Shown here: positions 1-13,760 of the stretch, piece after piece
Numbering within the stretch: the stretch's first letter is position 1
Layout of the letters: each line of letters begins with the position of its first letter
Source of the DNA: Mobula hypostoma
Lineage: Eukaryota
Reading direction: 5' to 3'
Assembly: GCF_963921235.1 (NCBI RefSeq)
Contig: NC_086108.1
Coordinates: 100,752,001-100,816,000 of the forward strand
DNA length: 64,000 nucleotides
The notes under the pieces: generated by a model
Seen by the model: the letters and a program-made list of their open reading frames with translations, nothing else
Databases searched by the model: none
What the model was told of the DNA's origin: nothing
Program-made: the position numbers and the translations under genes

Positions 1-925
1 CATCAATGATATCTCGCACACTTGGATCTGTTAGTTCTTTACAGTGTCCATATATTTTCTTCTTTGCCTTCCTGTACTGTGTTTCCCAGGCATATGTCCT
101 TGTAATGTAAGGCATTCTATTTCTCCCTTTCTGATGACATGGCCCAGGAATTTAAGTTTCCTCTCATTTAATATTCTCATTAAAGATCTTTTTGTATGGG
201 CACGTTGAAGTACTGTCTCATTAGATACCCTATCTCTATATGATATTTTCAGCATTCTTCTAAGAAACCACATCTCTGTTGCTTCTAAGTTTCTTGTTCT
301 GGTGTTATAGTCCATGTTTCGGAAGCATACAGCAAGATTGACCAGATGTAGCATTTTAGTAGCCTAAGCCTTGTTGTCATAGAAATGTGTCTGTTGGTAA
401 AAATGGGTTTTATTTTTTGGAAGTTGGTTTTGGCAATGGCAATTCTTCTTTTTATTTCTACTTTACTTCTAGCATCTTGTGATTAAAAAAAATACCAAGG
501 TAATTAAAGCTGGTCTTTTGTTCAATCTCTTGGTTACCGATGTACAATTGGCAGTTGGGAGTATCCTACTGTTTTGATATTACCATACATTTTGTGTTTT
601 TACAGTTGATGGTTAGACCAAAATCTGTACTTGTTTCTACCACTTTGTCTAGGAGGATTTGTAGGTCTTCTGCAGCACTTGCTATTAAGGTGGTATCGTC
701 TGCATATCTTATATTGTTGATGTTAACACCTCCAATTTTTATCCCATCTAGGTCTTCTATTTCTCTCAGAATCATTTCACTATAGATATTAAATAATTCC
801 GGTGAGGCAACACATCCCTGTCTAACTCCTCTTTGAATTTTAGTCCAACTGCTTATATTATCATCAAGTTTTACCGCCGCCATTTGATTCCAATATAAAT
901 TTTGTAGCATTTGTTGATCCCTTCC
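1..925 (-). mobile_element. RTE-clade LINE, 3' part (RT domain and C-terminus), frameshifted
   Basis: ORFs 566..910 (GVRQGCVASPELFNIY, RYADD) and 31..354 (EMWFLRRMLKISY...GRQRRKYMD) are typical of RTE ORF2. Confidence 0.85.
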
Positions 926-934
926 GTCTGTTTA

Positions 935-1302
935 GTTTAGCGAGAATTTGAAATATTTGAATACTTAAGCAACAATTCAAAACAGCTGTATAAGAACACC
1001 TCATCAAAAACAAAACAACACCTATTTGGGACAGATTTAAATATGCCATACAGCAATCAGCAGAGAAGGTAATCCCAGTACGAGAAACCCAACACACCAA
1101 CAAGGGGTGGATAACCCAAGAAATTTTAGATCTGTTGGAACAAAGAAGGTTAGTGAAGAATAATGAAGTGCAATACAGAGAGCTAGACAGACAGACCAGA
1201 CAATTGCGCAATATTGCAAAGGAAGAATGGCTGAATCAAAGATGCAATGAAGTAGAAGGCCATATTAACAGCAGCAAGGAAATGCACAAGAAAATTAAGG
1301 TG
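935..1302 (+). mobile_element. RTE-type LINE EN-RT linker segment in inverted orientation
   Basis: Frame from 1021 reads PIWDRFKYAIQQSAEKVIP...KGWITQEILDLLEQRR...AKEEWLNQRCNEVE...SKEMHKKIK. Confidence 0.7.
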
Positions 1303-1949
1303 GTTTGTTAGTGATATTATGTTCTATAAAGACATTTGGACAATTACATGCCTAGCGAAGGTTTAGAGTAGGGATTCCCAACCTGGGGTCCATGGACCCT
1401 TTGGTTAATGGTATTGATCCATGTCACAGACAAGGTTGAATTGAATTGACTTTATTACTTACATCCTTCATATACATAAATCCCCTGGTTTAGAGGGGCA
1501 TGGGCTAGTTGCAGGCAAATAAGACTAGCTTGGTTAGACATATTGTTCAGCATGGAAACATGCTCGACTGTAACAGTCTTGTGGAAAATGTATCAGACAA
1601 TAGAGGTGGAGAGGGTGGAAAATGTGCGAGTGGCAATGTGAAGCATTCATCATGCAGAGTTTAACATTAGCACTCTGGGATGGTAATGAAACTGGTTTGC
1701 TATTAGATGGAATTAAACACAAGGCCACAACCGAGGAATCATTCAAAGTCCCTACATCCTACAGGTGCTGACTACCTCTTGATAAGCTCTCCCATCTTTG
1801 ACTCTGTGCTGTGTGGGCCAGAGATTGTTTTGACATCGCTGAAGAACTTGCGTATGTTGTGGTTAACTGCAAGTTGGAGACCTTCTCCATATTCTCCACC
1901 CTCATCTGTTCTTTAAATCACACCCTTTTTGTCAGACTTTGGCCTTCAT

Positions 1950-2950
1950 GAGGTATAGGAGCAGCATTAGCACTTTCAGCCCATTGAAACAACTTTCATT
2001 CAATGATTTATTATTGCCTGTCCACTCAATTCTGCTTTCTTTTCATAACCTTTGACACCCTTACAAATCAAGAACCTATCAAACTTCATTTTAAGTTTGC
2101 CCAGTGTCTTGGCCTCTGCAGCTGTTTGTGGCAATGAATTCCTCTGGCAATGAATTTCTCCTCATCTCTGCTCTTTGTCCTTGAATTCTGAGGCTGCTCC
2201 CTCTCCACGTCTCTATGGCTTTCAAAGTTTGCAAGGTTTTATTGAGATGTCCCCACCACCATTGTTCTAAATCCAGTGAGTACAGGCCCATAGTCATCCC
2301 TAGGATTATTCTCGTAAACAACCTCTGGATTCTCTCCAACATCACTAAATCCTTCCTTTGATATGGAGTCCAGAGCTGCTCACAATACTCCAAATGTGGT
2401 CTGACCAATGCCTTATAAAGCCTCTGCATCACATCCTTGTTTTTGTATTCCAGTCCTCTTGAAATGAATTTTAACATTGCATAGCCCTTCCTTGCCACCA
2501 ACTCAACCTGCAAGTTAACCTACAGGGAATCCTGCATGAGGATTCCCAAGTCCCTTTGCACTGCTGATTTCTGAATTCTCTCACCATTTGGCCTCTACCT
2601 TATCCCTTCTACCAAAGTGCAGGACCGTATGCTGTATTCCATCTGCCACTTCTGTGCCCATTCTCTGTGCAGATTCCCTTCTTCCTCAGAACTGTCTGCC
2701 CCCCCACTTACCTTTGTATCATCGACAGACTTAGCCACAAAGCCATCTGTTCTATCTTGCATATCATTGACACAAAGTATGAAAAGTAACATTCCCCACA
2801 CCAACTGCTGCAGAACACCACTAGTCACCGGCAGCCAATCAGAAAAGGACCTCTTTATTTCCTTTCTTTGCCTTGTCAGTCAATCAATCTTGTATCCATA
2901 CTAATACCTTCCTTGTAATGCTATGGGCTCCTATTTTGTTTCACAGCCTT
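1950..2950 (-). mobile_element. CR1 LINE 3' fragment (degenerate)
   Basis: LYKALVRPHLEYCEQLW motif and a degenerate FADD region in ORFs 2091..2513 and 2595..2828. Confidence 0.85.
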
Positions 2951-3789
2951 ATATGCAGCGGCGATGTTTCCTTTCTCCTGTGGCATGATAGAATTTCATA
3001 TTCATAATGGCTGTCTAAGCCCTAATTTCTAAAGTTCCTTCTGCTTCTTAACTATTGTATATTTGTTATATCCTTTTAATGCTAACATGATAAAAGGTCA
3101 TATATCAGAATTTTTGCACATGGTATTCTCTTGATTTCCAACTTTGTTCAGAGAGGAAGGGTATAGATTTAGATTTCATAGTGATTTAGCAATTAATTTC
3201 ATTTGAAATTGTACCTGAGGTCACTCAGCTATGGTACATAACAGCCTAAGTGCTGAATTTGATGGATTTACAGTATTATATGTTCAAATAATAAATTTCA
3301 TAATAATTACATTTTTCAATTATTGCCTTTTTGTGTTCATATCCAATATTTAACTTTTCTTTGAAAGCTACTTGACTGAAAATAGTTACTTTCTGGTTAA
3401 TGGTTAGATATTTAGTTTTGCCAAACATCAATTTAATAATTCTACCTTGAATAATTTAGAAATGAATTTACAAATAATATCTAGGAAAGGATATTCTTCC
3501 ACAGAATGTCAAATATGGCTTCTCATGCTTTGTTAATGACTTGGATGAGTGTGGGGGATATGAATAGTAAGTTTGTAGATGATGACACAAAAACTGCTGG
3601 AGTCATCAGTATCAAAGAAGTTTGATTAAAGATGCAGTGGGATATAGATTTACTGGAAAATTGGGCGGAGTATCAGTGGATGGATTTTAAACCAGACAAG
3701 TATGAGATAATGCACTTTGCGAGGTCAGATTCTTTTGGGACATATAGAGGAAATAGCAGGTGCCTTGGGGGAATTGATGTACAAGAACA

Positions 3790-4000
3790 AGAGATTCTGC
3801 AGATGCTGGAAATCTAAAACAACACACACAAAATGCCTGAGGAACTTGGCAGGTCAGGCAGCATCTATGGAAATGAATAAACAGTCCACATTTAAGACCA
3901 AGACCCTTCTTCAGGGCTGAGTCTCTGCCTGAAACGTCAACTGTTTAATCATTTCCATAGATGCTGCCTGACCTGCTGAGTTCCTCCAGCATTTTGTGTA
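3790..4000. mobile_element. Penelope-like pLTR remnant arranged as an inverted repeat, inside an old CR1 fragment (about 3530-4090)
   Basis: ggaacttggcaggtcaggcagcatctatgga is followed by its reverse complement tccatagatgctgcctgacctgctgagttcc. Same family as 59864-60823. Confidence 0.7.
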
Positions 4001-4469
4001 ATGTACACAAAAAGTCCTCTGGGTGCAAATACTTAACTCCCTGAAAGCGGTGACATGGGTGCATAGGGTAGTGAAAGGGGCAGTGAGTATACAAATTGGG
4101 AAATCAATGTTCTTCTTGCTGTTTTTGGCTATTGAAAAGCTTGTACCCATTATGGTAATCACATCCTTTTTTCTAGCTATAATGCCTTGCTGAATGAGCT
4201 CTATGAGATGCCCCCTCTTGGTGCAGCAATGGCATTCTTCCAAATCAATAATGCAACATTCCCACCTCTTTTCCATCCTTCTCGGTCATGTCCAATATGT
4301 GTGTAGAGCTCCCAGTCTTGCCCTTCTTTTAAACAAGTTTCTGTGTAATCAAATATCTGAGTTCCTGGCTCTAGGTTCATCTGCCTTATCCAATATACTT
4401 GTATTAAAATAAATACACTTCAGACTATCTTTCCTACCTTCCAAACGAGAAAAAGATTAGTCTTATTTG

Positions 4470-4765
4470 TCAATTTACATCAAAACATACAGTGAAAGAT
4501 AGTTTTCTATCAGTGACCAACACAGTCCAATGATTGTGCTGGTGGCAACTCAAGTGTCGCCATGCATCTGGTGCTGACGTAGCTTGTCCACAACTCATTA
4601 ACCCAACCTGAAGTGTACATCTTTGAAACATGGGAGGAAACTGGAGCACCCAGAGGAAGCCCATGTGGTCACAGGGAGAATGTGCAAACTCTTTAACAGA
4701 CAGTGACAGGAATCGAGCTCCAATCGGTAACTGCACTGTAAAGTGATTATGTTAACTAATATACT
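4470..4765 (-). repeat. tRNA-type SINE
   Basis: Shares its body with copies at 4820, 33645 and 34655. Confidence 0.55.
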
Positions 4766-4819
4766 ATGTTGCTGGACTTAACCACTTGTCCTCAATCTCT
4801 CCATCTGGTGTTCTGCTGG

Positions 4820-5090
4820 CCGGCGGCACGGTAGTCTAGCAATTTGTGTAACACTAAAACTGCACCAGTAGTAAGAACCAGTTTCAATTCCTGCTGCTGT
4901 CTGTAAAGAACCCTTGATCACAAAGGTTCCTCTGGGTGCGCTTGGTTCCTCCTATATTCCTAAGAAGTACAGTTAGGGTTAGTAAGTTGTGGGCATGCTA
5001 TGCTGATGCCAGGTGTATGGCACTATTTGTGGACTGCCCAGAACAATCCTCACCAATTTGATTTGACGCAAATAACACATATTTACTGTT
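4820..5090 (+). repeat. tRNA-type SINE
   Basis: GGCGGCACGGTAG head and a B-box-like gtttcaattcc; body shared with other copies. Confidence 0.6.
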
Positions 5091-6159
5091 TTCTTTCCCA
5101 TCTCCTTTTGCAATTTGAGTTTGAATCCTCTTGAGTAGTTCTAGCAAACCTCCCTGCCAGGATATTGATGTACTTCCAGTTTAGCTGCAACCTGTCCTTC
5201 ATGTACAGGACTCTGCTTGAGAAGAGATCTCAGTCATCCCGGTATCTGAAGCTCTCCTTCCTACAGCAGCTCTTTAGCCATGCATTCAGTGTAGTACCGT
5301 CCTATTTTCATGCCTCACTAGCACTTGGCACAGGTACAACTCCAGTGGTCCTGCTTTTTAACTTTCTACCCAACTCCCTAAAGTCTTAATGCAGGATCTC
5401 TTCCCTTCTTCAGAATCAGAATCACTTTATTGCCAGTATGTGAACCATACCATAATTGATTATGGTTCCTTGGCAAGCATAAAACACAGGGCAGTACCAT
5501 AACAGACAACGCAATAGCAACCAACAATTTACAAAACAATAGTGCAAACAGCCATGAGCAATCAACAATTAGCAGAATGGTCACATGCACAAATGTCAAT
5601 AATCTAATTTAAATAAATGTGAACATATGAGCAGACTAGAGATCAACAGAACAAGGACAGCAGGAAGACCATTTAATGGATGTTATACAGGGACAGTCAG
5701 GATATTGAGAAGCTGGATAGCTACAGGAAATAAGCTTGAGATTACATATAGTCCTGGTGATGATGGACTTGTAGTGTCTCCCACTTAGCAATCTGATGAA
5801 TAAGTGACCACTATGGTGGATGGACTCAGCAGTAATTGCCTATATTGTTAGTTTCAATATGGCTCACGACACTTAACTGCTCACCCTGCCCCTTCAGAAT
5901 GCTCAGAGACATCCATAACTCTGGTACCAGGGAAAAACAAACTGCCCTGGAATCGCACTTGTGCTCACAGACATATATACATGTGCCCCTGACTATAGAA
6001 TCTTCTGTCACTAGCCTCTTCCAGTTTCTTCTGTGTGCTGTACCTCAGTGGTACTATCTGATAACAGTAAAAATTTACTTGCATATGGTTACAATGCTAA
6101 TTCTTCCTCACTGCTGCGTTAAGCAACCCCCCCCCCCCAATGTATTGGTAGTTAGACCA

Positions 6160-6770
6160 GAAGACCATAAGATATAGGAGCGGAATTATGCCATTTGACC
6201 CAGTGAATCTGCTCCACCATTTCATCATGGCTGATCCATTTTTCCCCTCAGCCCAATCCCTTGCCTTCTCCCCATATTCCTTCATGCCCTGACCAATCAA
6301 GAATCCATCAACCTCTACCTTAAATATAGATAAAGTCTTGGCCTCCACAGCTGACTGTAGTAACAAATTCCACAGATTCACCACCCACTGGCTAAAGAAA
6401 TGTCTCATCTCTGTCATCTGGTCCTAGACTATCCCACTATAGGAAACATCCTCTCCGCTTCCACACTATCGAGGCCTTTCAACATTCGATGGTTTTCACT
6501 AAGTCACCTCTCATTCTTCTGCATTTTGGTGGATACAGGCCCAGAACCATCAAATGTTTTTCATATGACAAGCTGTTGAATCCTGGAATCATTTCTGTGA
6601 ACCTCCTTTGAACCCTCTCCAGTGTCGGCAGATCTTTCCTAAGATAAGGGGTCCAAAACTGCTCACAATACTCCAAGTGAGGCCTCACCAGTGCTTTATA
6701 AAGTCTCAACATTACATCCTTGTTTTTATATTCTAGTCCTCTTGAAATGAACACTAACATCACATTTGCC
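6160..6770 (-). mobile_element. CR1 LINE 3' fragment
   Basis: ORFs 6479..6763 and 6097..6417 (LVRPHLEYCEQFW, FFSQWVVNLWN). Confidence 0.88.
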
Positions 6771-9521
6771 TGTTGACTTGTTGTCTTGTTGGATATAGTT
6801 GACTTGTTCTATATCCATTACTGAATGACAGGAATACCAAACAGCTTCTTGATTTTATAGATAATATGATCTAAACACCAGGCCGATTTGACTGAAAAGG
6901 TCAGCTATTGGCCAGAATGTGGTGACAAGGTCTAGGCCCAGAGCATATGAATGCGAATGGGTCTTAGAGCGAGGAATAATACGATGTTCAGATAATTTAA
7001 ACACAGGGCTGGATTGATTGAAAAGACATGGTGTCAGGACCGGAGGTGAGGGTCAGGCAGTTCTGCTCTGGGCTCTTTGTCTGCGAGCTGTGTAATGTTT
7101 TGGTTTGCAGTGTGATGAACTGAGACTGTGGGTCTGCTCTAGTAGTTCTATATAAATGTACTTTGAACTTTGAACCTTTTCAGTAAGATGTCTTATTTCT
7201 ATCATCACTGAATTCAACCTTGCTTTAATCTAGGTGTGCTGAAACCCTCATCCACCACTAATGTTACTTAGAGATGACATGCACTTGATTAACCTTCCAC
7301 ATTCTTCCTTCCATTACATTGAAATCATCTGCTATTCTGCTATCTATGTGCTCTAAAGCCTAAAGCTGACAACTGCAATGTCTCAAATTTACATTTGTAG
7401 CTACAGATTTATCATTAACATATTTAAAGCCAAATCTGATTAAAACAGATACATTGATCTATTTAATAGTTGTCATTTCTTCCTGAAATTACACCCTTTT
7501 TCAGATATGATTAACATTTCGCCATTAGGATATTGATATTTCATTTTAATTGAAGAGTTTATGAAATACATTTTTTTAAAATATTGGGGTTCAGTGCTTA
7601 TTGCCTTGAATATGCTGAAACAATGTTTTTCCTGTTCCATGAGCTTGTATCTTCTCATGCTACATGTACAATGCCGGCATCTACTGAATTCATTCAGCCA
7701 ATCTGAAAAGCAAGACTATAAAGGATGAATCGTTTGTGGCTTAAGTCCTGTGCTGGCAGAGAAACAGCAATGTGCCTGGAGCCAAGAAAACTTGGATGCT
7801 TTCCAAAATATGGCTTTTTACTTAATAGCTTTCAGCTTCAGCAGCATGACTGCCGTCCTAAGGGGTGCAGAAAGAAATACGGTGAGCTGTCTATTTTCTT
7901 TAGGCTTTGTTTTCTGGCTCCGAACATTTCCACATTCTATGCTGCATATTCCTCATGAAGGTATTGTCACTCATTTCTTTTCTATAATTGTGGAGTAACT
8001 TGTAATCTTGCAAAGAATGGTGTGAATACAAATAGAAATGTATGTCCACTAAAAAGAAAATTTAATACCTGGATGAACAAATAAATAAATAGACTTTGGA
8101 AAAGTTTGGGTGGAGGAAAAAGGGAGAGATTTATGTGGAAATATTAATAACCTGTATGAGCATGTGTGACTGGAACACTTCTTTGTGTGCTATATTTGTA
8201 CACATTCATATGTAAGAATTTATTCCAATAAAATCCAATTTTGCTGAAATTGTTTTTAATCATTAGCTTTTCCCATAAGTCTTGACATCCTCATTAATTA
8301 TCAATCAACCTATCTCTTCCTTAAATACACTTAATGACTGTAGCCCCACAGACCTCTGTAGCAAATAGTTCCAAAGACTTGTGTAGCACTCTGAGGGGAG
8401 CAATTCTTCCTCGACTCAGTCTGATACCCTTTATTCTGAGATCATACTCTCTGATATTGAACTTTCCCATGATAGAAAATATCATCTCTGCAGTTACCCT
8501 GTCTAAACATCTAAGAATCTTATATATTTCAAGAGCATGGTCTCTCATTCTTTGACACTCTGGTGACAAGAGTTCCAACTTGCCCTTGTTCCCTTCCTGC
8601 AAGTCATTAATGTATATTGTAACTAATTGTGGTCCCAGAATTGCTCACAGGATTCCACCCTCCTGTTAACAATATGCTGCTCTTTCAGCTTAATACCCTT
8701 CTTAACTTCCTTGGGTTGCCATCCCTCCCTTAGGATCATTCCTCTTTACATTTTGACTGAATATCATGAATGACTTCTTTAAGGGTCTGTTGACTTCTGT
8801 CTTCTCTGATAATTTGTCAACTAAGTCTGTTTCAGCAAACGTATTCCTTCCATTGTAATACCCTTTAACAACTGTCTTAACTTTTCCCCCTGAAACTGAA
8901 TGCAACATTCTATCATACAATGATCCCTGCTTCCTAGGGAATATTTCACTCTGAGGTCATTTATTAAAACTGCAAAATTGCCCACTACCTGATTCAAAAT
9001 GGCCTTTTCTCTGGTTGGTCCCAGGAAACTATCTGTAATGCACTCTATGAATTCATAATGAAGCAGAAGATGATTGGACCCAGAGCATTGCTCTGAGGGA
9101 CTCAGGCAATTTCCTACAGCTCCAGATCATAGAAACATACAGCTAAGAAACAGGCCCTTTCGGCCTACTTCATCGATGTTGACCATGGTGCCTATCTTTA
9201 CTGATACAATTTGCAGGCATTAAACCCTTATCCTCCTCCACCTTTTCTATCCAAAGACCAGTCCAAATGTCTTTTAAACATTGTAACTGTATCTTCCCAG
9301 GTATGCACCTAGGGCATGCCCTCTTCTCTTTGTTACCATCAGGTAGGAGGTACAGAAGCCTGAAGGCACACACTCAGCAATTTAGGAACAGCTTCTTCCC
9401 CTCTGCCTTCCGATTCCTAAATGGACATTGAACCCATGAATACTACCTCACTTTTTAATCTATATTTCTGTTTTTGCATGATTTCTAATCTATTCAATCT
9501 ACATTTACTTTAATTGATGTA

Positions 9522-10704
9522 CAGGTTTCCCCCGCCATCCGGAGGTAGAGCGTTCCTATGAAACGGTTCGTAAGCCAGAATGTTGTAAAGCAAAGAAGCA
9601 ATTACCATTTATTTATATGGGAAAAATTTGTGAGCTTTCGCAGACCCAAAATAACCTACCAAATCATGCCAAATAACACATAAAACCTAAGATAACTAAC
9701 ATATAGTAAAAGCAGGAATGATATGATAAATACACCTCCTATAAAAAGTAGAAATACTTCTCTACAATCATTGCCGCACTGTTCTCCGTAGTGAAAATCT
9801 CACGCAAGTGCTCTCAGCAGAAAATCTCACGCAAGCGTTCTCGGCAAAAACACTCTCCAGTAACCTTTAAGCTATGAAGTTGCCAAATCATACCAAATAA
9901 CGCATAAAAGTATACAGCCTATATAAAGTAGAAGGTGGTGGGACACTGGGGTGTCATCTCGTCATTGTCTATTTCCATCAGGGAGGCAGGTCACCTTCTT
10001 CTATGGCTGCCTGCCTCGGTGTCGAAGGTCGAGGTTCGTCGTCTGCTGTGGCTGATTGGAAGGCTTGCTTGACTGCTTAGCCTCGCGCATTTTTCTATCA
10101 TACAGTTCTTTGTAAGCACTCAAACCATCCTGCAAATATGCCCTAAACCGACGTACCATTTGAAAATTAAAGTCATACTTTATCATTGCAGCGAAAATCT
10201 CATGCAGTTGCTTCACATTCAGTTCCTGGACAACTTCACTTTCGGTCCATTCGCTACTGCATTGAGTTTCGAATGTTATCCTTTTCTCTTCCAATTGCAT
10301 CAGCTCTTCATCTATCAGTTCTTGGTCATGGGATGCCAAAACCTCTTCATCATCTTTGTCAACTTCCACAAGCCAAACTGACTTTGTCCTTACTTTGTTC
10401 ACCACGATCGAAACGCTTAATTATGTCTAGTTTTACACTAAGTATAACACCCTTACGAGCTCTCTTAGGCTTTTCTGATACCTTAGAACTCATCTTGCAA
10501 ACAGCTGCTCACAGGCATGTGTTTAAGCAATGCCGGCTAGAATGCAGTTCTGGGGGAGAGCGGCTGCTCGGGGCGCGCGCTGCCCTTTTTCGTAACAGTG
10601 AAAACACCTTCTGTTAGCGAAAACAGGTAAGTAATGTAGGTCTCGTGAGTGTTTCAAACAGTGAGGTTTCGTAAAGTGAATGTTCGAAAAGTGGGGGACA
10701 CCTG
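9522..10704 (-). mobile_element. Internally deleted Tigger/pogo (Tc1-mariner superfamily) DNA transposon
   Basis: TA TSDs (9520-21, 10705-06) and imperfect TIRs CAGGT(T/G)TCCCCC. The minus strand encodes a CENP-B-like N-terminus from ATG 10493 (MSSKVSEKPKRARKGVILSVKLDIIKRFDRGE) and a Tigger-like acidic C-terminus (ORF 10001..10405). No DDE domain is visible. Confidence 0.85.
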
Positions 10705-11409
10705 TACTTGTTTATTTTTTTCTATATTATGTATTGCACTGAACTGCTGCTACATTAACAAATTTCACGACACAGGCCAGTGATAATAAACTTGTTTCTG
10801 ATTCTGATTCCTTTACACCTTCTCTGGCAGTTCATTCCATATATTCACCACCCTCTGTGTGGAAAATATACCTAATAGATCGCCTTCAAATTTATCCCCT
10901 CTCACCTAAAACTGGTGCCATTTAGACAGTCCTGCCCTGGGAAATAGATTTTGACTCTCTATCCCATTTATACCATTCATCTTTTTATATGTCTCTATCA
11001 GGTCACCCCTCAGCCTCCAATGAGAATAAACCCTACAAGAAAATGAATCTCAGGATAGTATATGGTGACATATAGGTACTTCGCCCATCCAATTTTTCCT
11101 TATAGCCACAGCCCTCCATTCCACCCACATCCTGATGAATTGCTTTAGGACACTCTATTGCCACGATATCTTCCCTGTTGTGTAACAGCCAGAACTATAC
11201 ACAATACTTTAAATTTGACAAGTAAAAAATTGGTAAATAGTTTGCTATTGTCACATATTGAAGTACAGGGAAGAACTTTGTTTTGCATGCCATCCATGTT
11301 GTATCTTTTCAGTACAACTGTACATTGAGGTAGTACAAGGAAAATCAATAACAGTGCCAGAATAAAGTGTTACTGTTACAAACAATGCAGCGCAGCACAG
11401 GTAAACAAT

Positions 11410-11830
11410 AACACACACAAAATGCTGGAAGAACTCAGCAGGTCAAGCAGCATCTATGGAAATGAATGAATAGTCAACGTTTCAGTCCGAGACCCTTCAG
11501 AACTGAGAGGGATGGGGGAAGATGCCATAATAAAAGGGGTGGGGGTGAGGCTAGGTGGGTGAAAAAGGTCAAGAGCTTGAGAAGAAGGAATCTGAAGAGA
11601 GTGGACACTAGGAGAAAGGGAAGGAGGAGAGGACCCGGGGGAGGTGATAGGTGCTGAGAAGAGATGAATGGTCAGAGTGGGGAATAGAGGAGGAGGGGAG
11701 GGATTTGTTTTTTTACCAGAAGGAGAAATCAATGTTCATACAATCAGGTTGGATGCTACCTAGACAGAATATTAAGTTTTTCTCCTTCACTGTGAAGGTG
11801 GTCTCAACTTGGCACAAGAGGAGGCCATGG
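11410..11830 (-). mobile_element. Penelope-like element 3' fragment
   Basis: pLTR sequence, pyrimidine-rich spacer and degenerate GIY-YIG tail, as in 59864-60520. Confidence 0.7.
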
Positions 11831-12529
11831 ACTTGGAATAAGTTGTAAGGACATCATGAGGTAGATTGAGGTCACAACTGCTGTTCAATACTCAATAACA
11901 GTGGGATAAAAGCTGTCTTTGAGTCTGGTTGTGCGCGCTTTCAGGTGTATGTAGCTTGTGCATGATGGAAGGGCAGAGAAGAGTATGAATGCTTTGTTGT
12001 ATGAGATATAACAATCTGTGGAAAGTTTCCTATTGGTTTCGATTTTATTAGGTTGCGTGATTTGACATACAATCAGATATTGACATTAATGCTGCCTGTA
12101 GCCACTTTGCATTACAGCTGTTTCGTCCATGTTTGGACCAAGGTTACAATGAAGGCTGGGGCCACCTGATCCTGGCCAAAGTTAAACTGTGCTTTGATGA
12201 ACTTGTTATTGTTGAGTAAGTGCTTCTTGATGCAGCGTTTCGTGATTTACCATTGGTTAATTATATATGTAATCTAATTATCCATTCATTATGTTTATTC
12301 CTTCTCTAATTGGAATGATGCAGGCTGAGCTAACATTGTTTCACAAAGCTGAATATTCTGAAGCATTATGAAGAACTTTTCAATATCAAAACAAAGTAAC
12401 CCCTATCCATACACAACCGGTAGTAGTCAACAGAATAGATGAAGTGCAGTATAGATACTTTCAATTGGTGTGGTCATTAAAAAGTATAGATATGCTAGGG
12501 TAGATTGTGCGTAAAATAGAAAGTCAAAG

Positions 12530-13760
12530 TGAAGTCAGAGTAAATTCATCATCAAGGTACCTTTATGTCACCATGTACTACCCCGGGATTTTTTTTTTAT
12601 GTGGGCATTCACAGTAAACACAAAGAAATACAATAAAATCAATGAAAAACTGCACACAGCAAGGGCGGACAAACAACCAATGTGCAAATACAAAAAAAGT
12701 TGGGGGGGGGAACAAAATAATAATAATAATAAATATCGAGAACATGAATTGTGGTGTCCTTGAAAGTGAGTCCATGGGTTGTGAAATCTGTTCGATGTTG
12801 GATATGTGAAGTTGTGCCCTCTGGTTCAAGATCCTGATATTTGAGGGAAAATAACTGTTCCTGAATCTGATGGCGTGGTACCTGAAGCTGTTGTACCACT
12901 TTCTTGATGGCAGCAGTGAGAAGAGAGCATGGGCTGGGTGGTGGGTGTCCTTGATGATGGATGCTGCTTTTCCTGTGACAGTGCCCCTTGTAGATTTGCT
13001 CAATGGTTTGGAGGCCTTTGCCCACGATGGAATGGACGTATCCACTACTTAATGTAGCAATTTCCACAATTGCCATTCAAAGGCATTGGTGTTTCCCTAC
13101 CAGGATGTGATGCAGCCAGTCAATATACTCTCCACCATTCATCCATAGAAGTTTGTCAGCGTTTTGGATGACATGCCAAATCTTTGCAAACTTCTAAGAA
13201 AGTAGAGGCATTGCTGTGCCTTCTTCGTAATGGCAGTTGCATGTAGGACAGATCCTCTGAAATGATAATGCAGAGGAAGTTAACATTGCTGATACTGTCT
13301 ACTTCTGATCCCCTGATGAGTTCTGCCTCATGGACCTCTGGTTTCTTCCTCCTATAGTCAATTATCAGCTCTTATTATCAGTGTGTTGACATTGAGTGAG
13401 AGGCAGTTGTTGTGACACCATTCAGCCAGATTTTCAATCTCCCTCTATTCTGCTGATTTGTCACTACCTTTGATTTGGCCAATGACAGTGGTATCATCAG
13501 CAAACTTTGATATGGCATTCGAGCAGTACTTAGCTGCACAGTCATAAGTGTAAAGTGAGTACAGCAGGGAACTAAGCACATAGCCTTGTGGTGTATCTCT
13601 GCTGATGGAGATTTGTGGAGGAGATGTTGTTACCAATCCAAAAAGATTGGGGTCTGCAAATAAAGAAATTAAGGATCCAGTTGCATAAATTGGTAATGTC
13701 TTAAAGCTTATTGATTAGTTTTGATGGGATGATAGTATTGAATGCAAAACTGCAGTCAAT
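12530..13760 (-). mobile_element. Rex1/Babar-type LINE 3' fragment
   Basis: PQGYVLSSLLYSLYT...SKFADDTTVIG and C-terminal HPAHALFSLLPS...RFRNSYFP motifs. Confidence 0.8.

Noticed and set aside
4820..4900. tRNA gene
   Set aside because: Only a degenerate A/B-box head followed by a SINE body; no cloverleaf can be drawn.
7725..7958. ORF with LLNSFQLQQHDCRPKGC and a GTGAG donor, superficially like SELENOF exon 2
   Set aside because: It lacks the CSSC and CRGCC cysteine pattern, and the donor is phase 1 whereas the Sec exon starts in phase 0.
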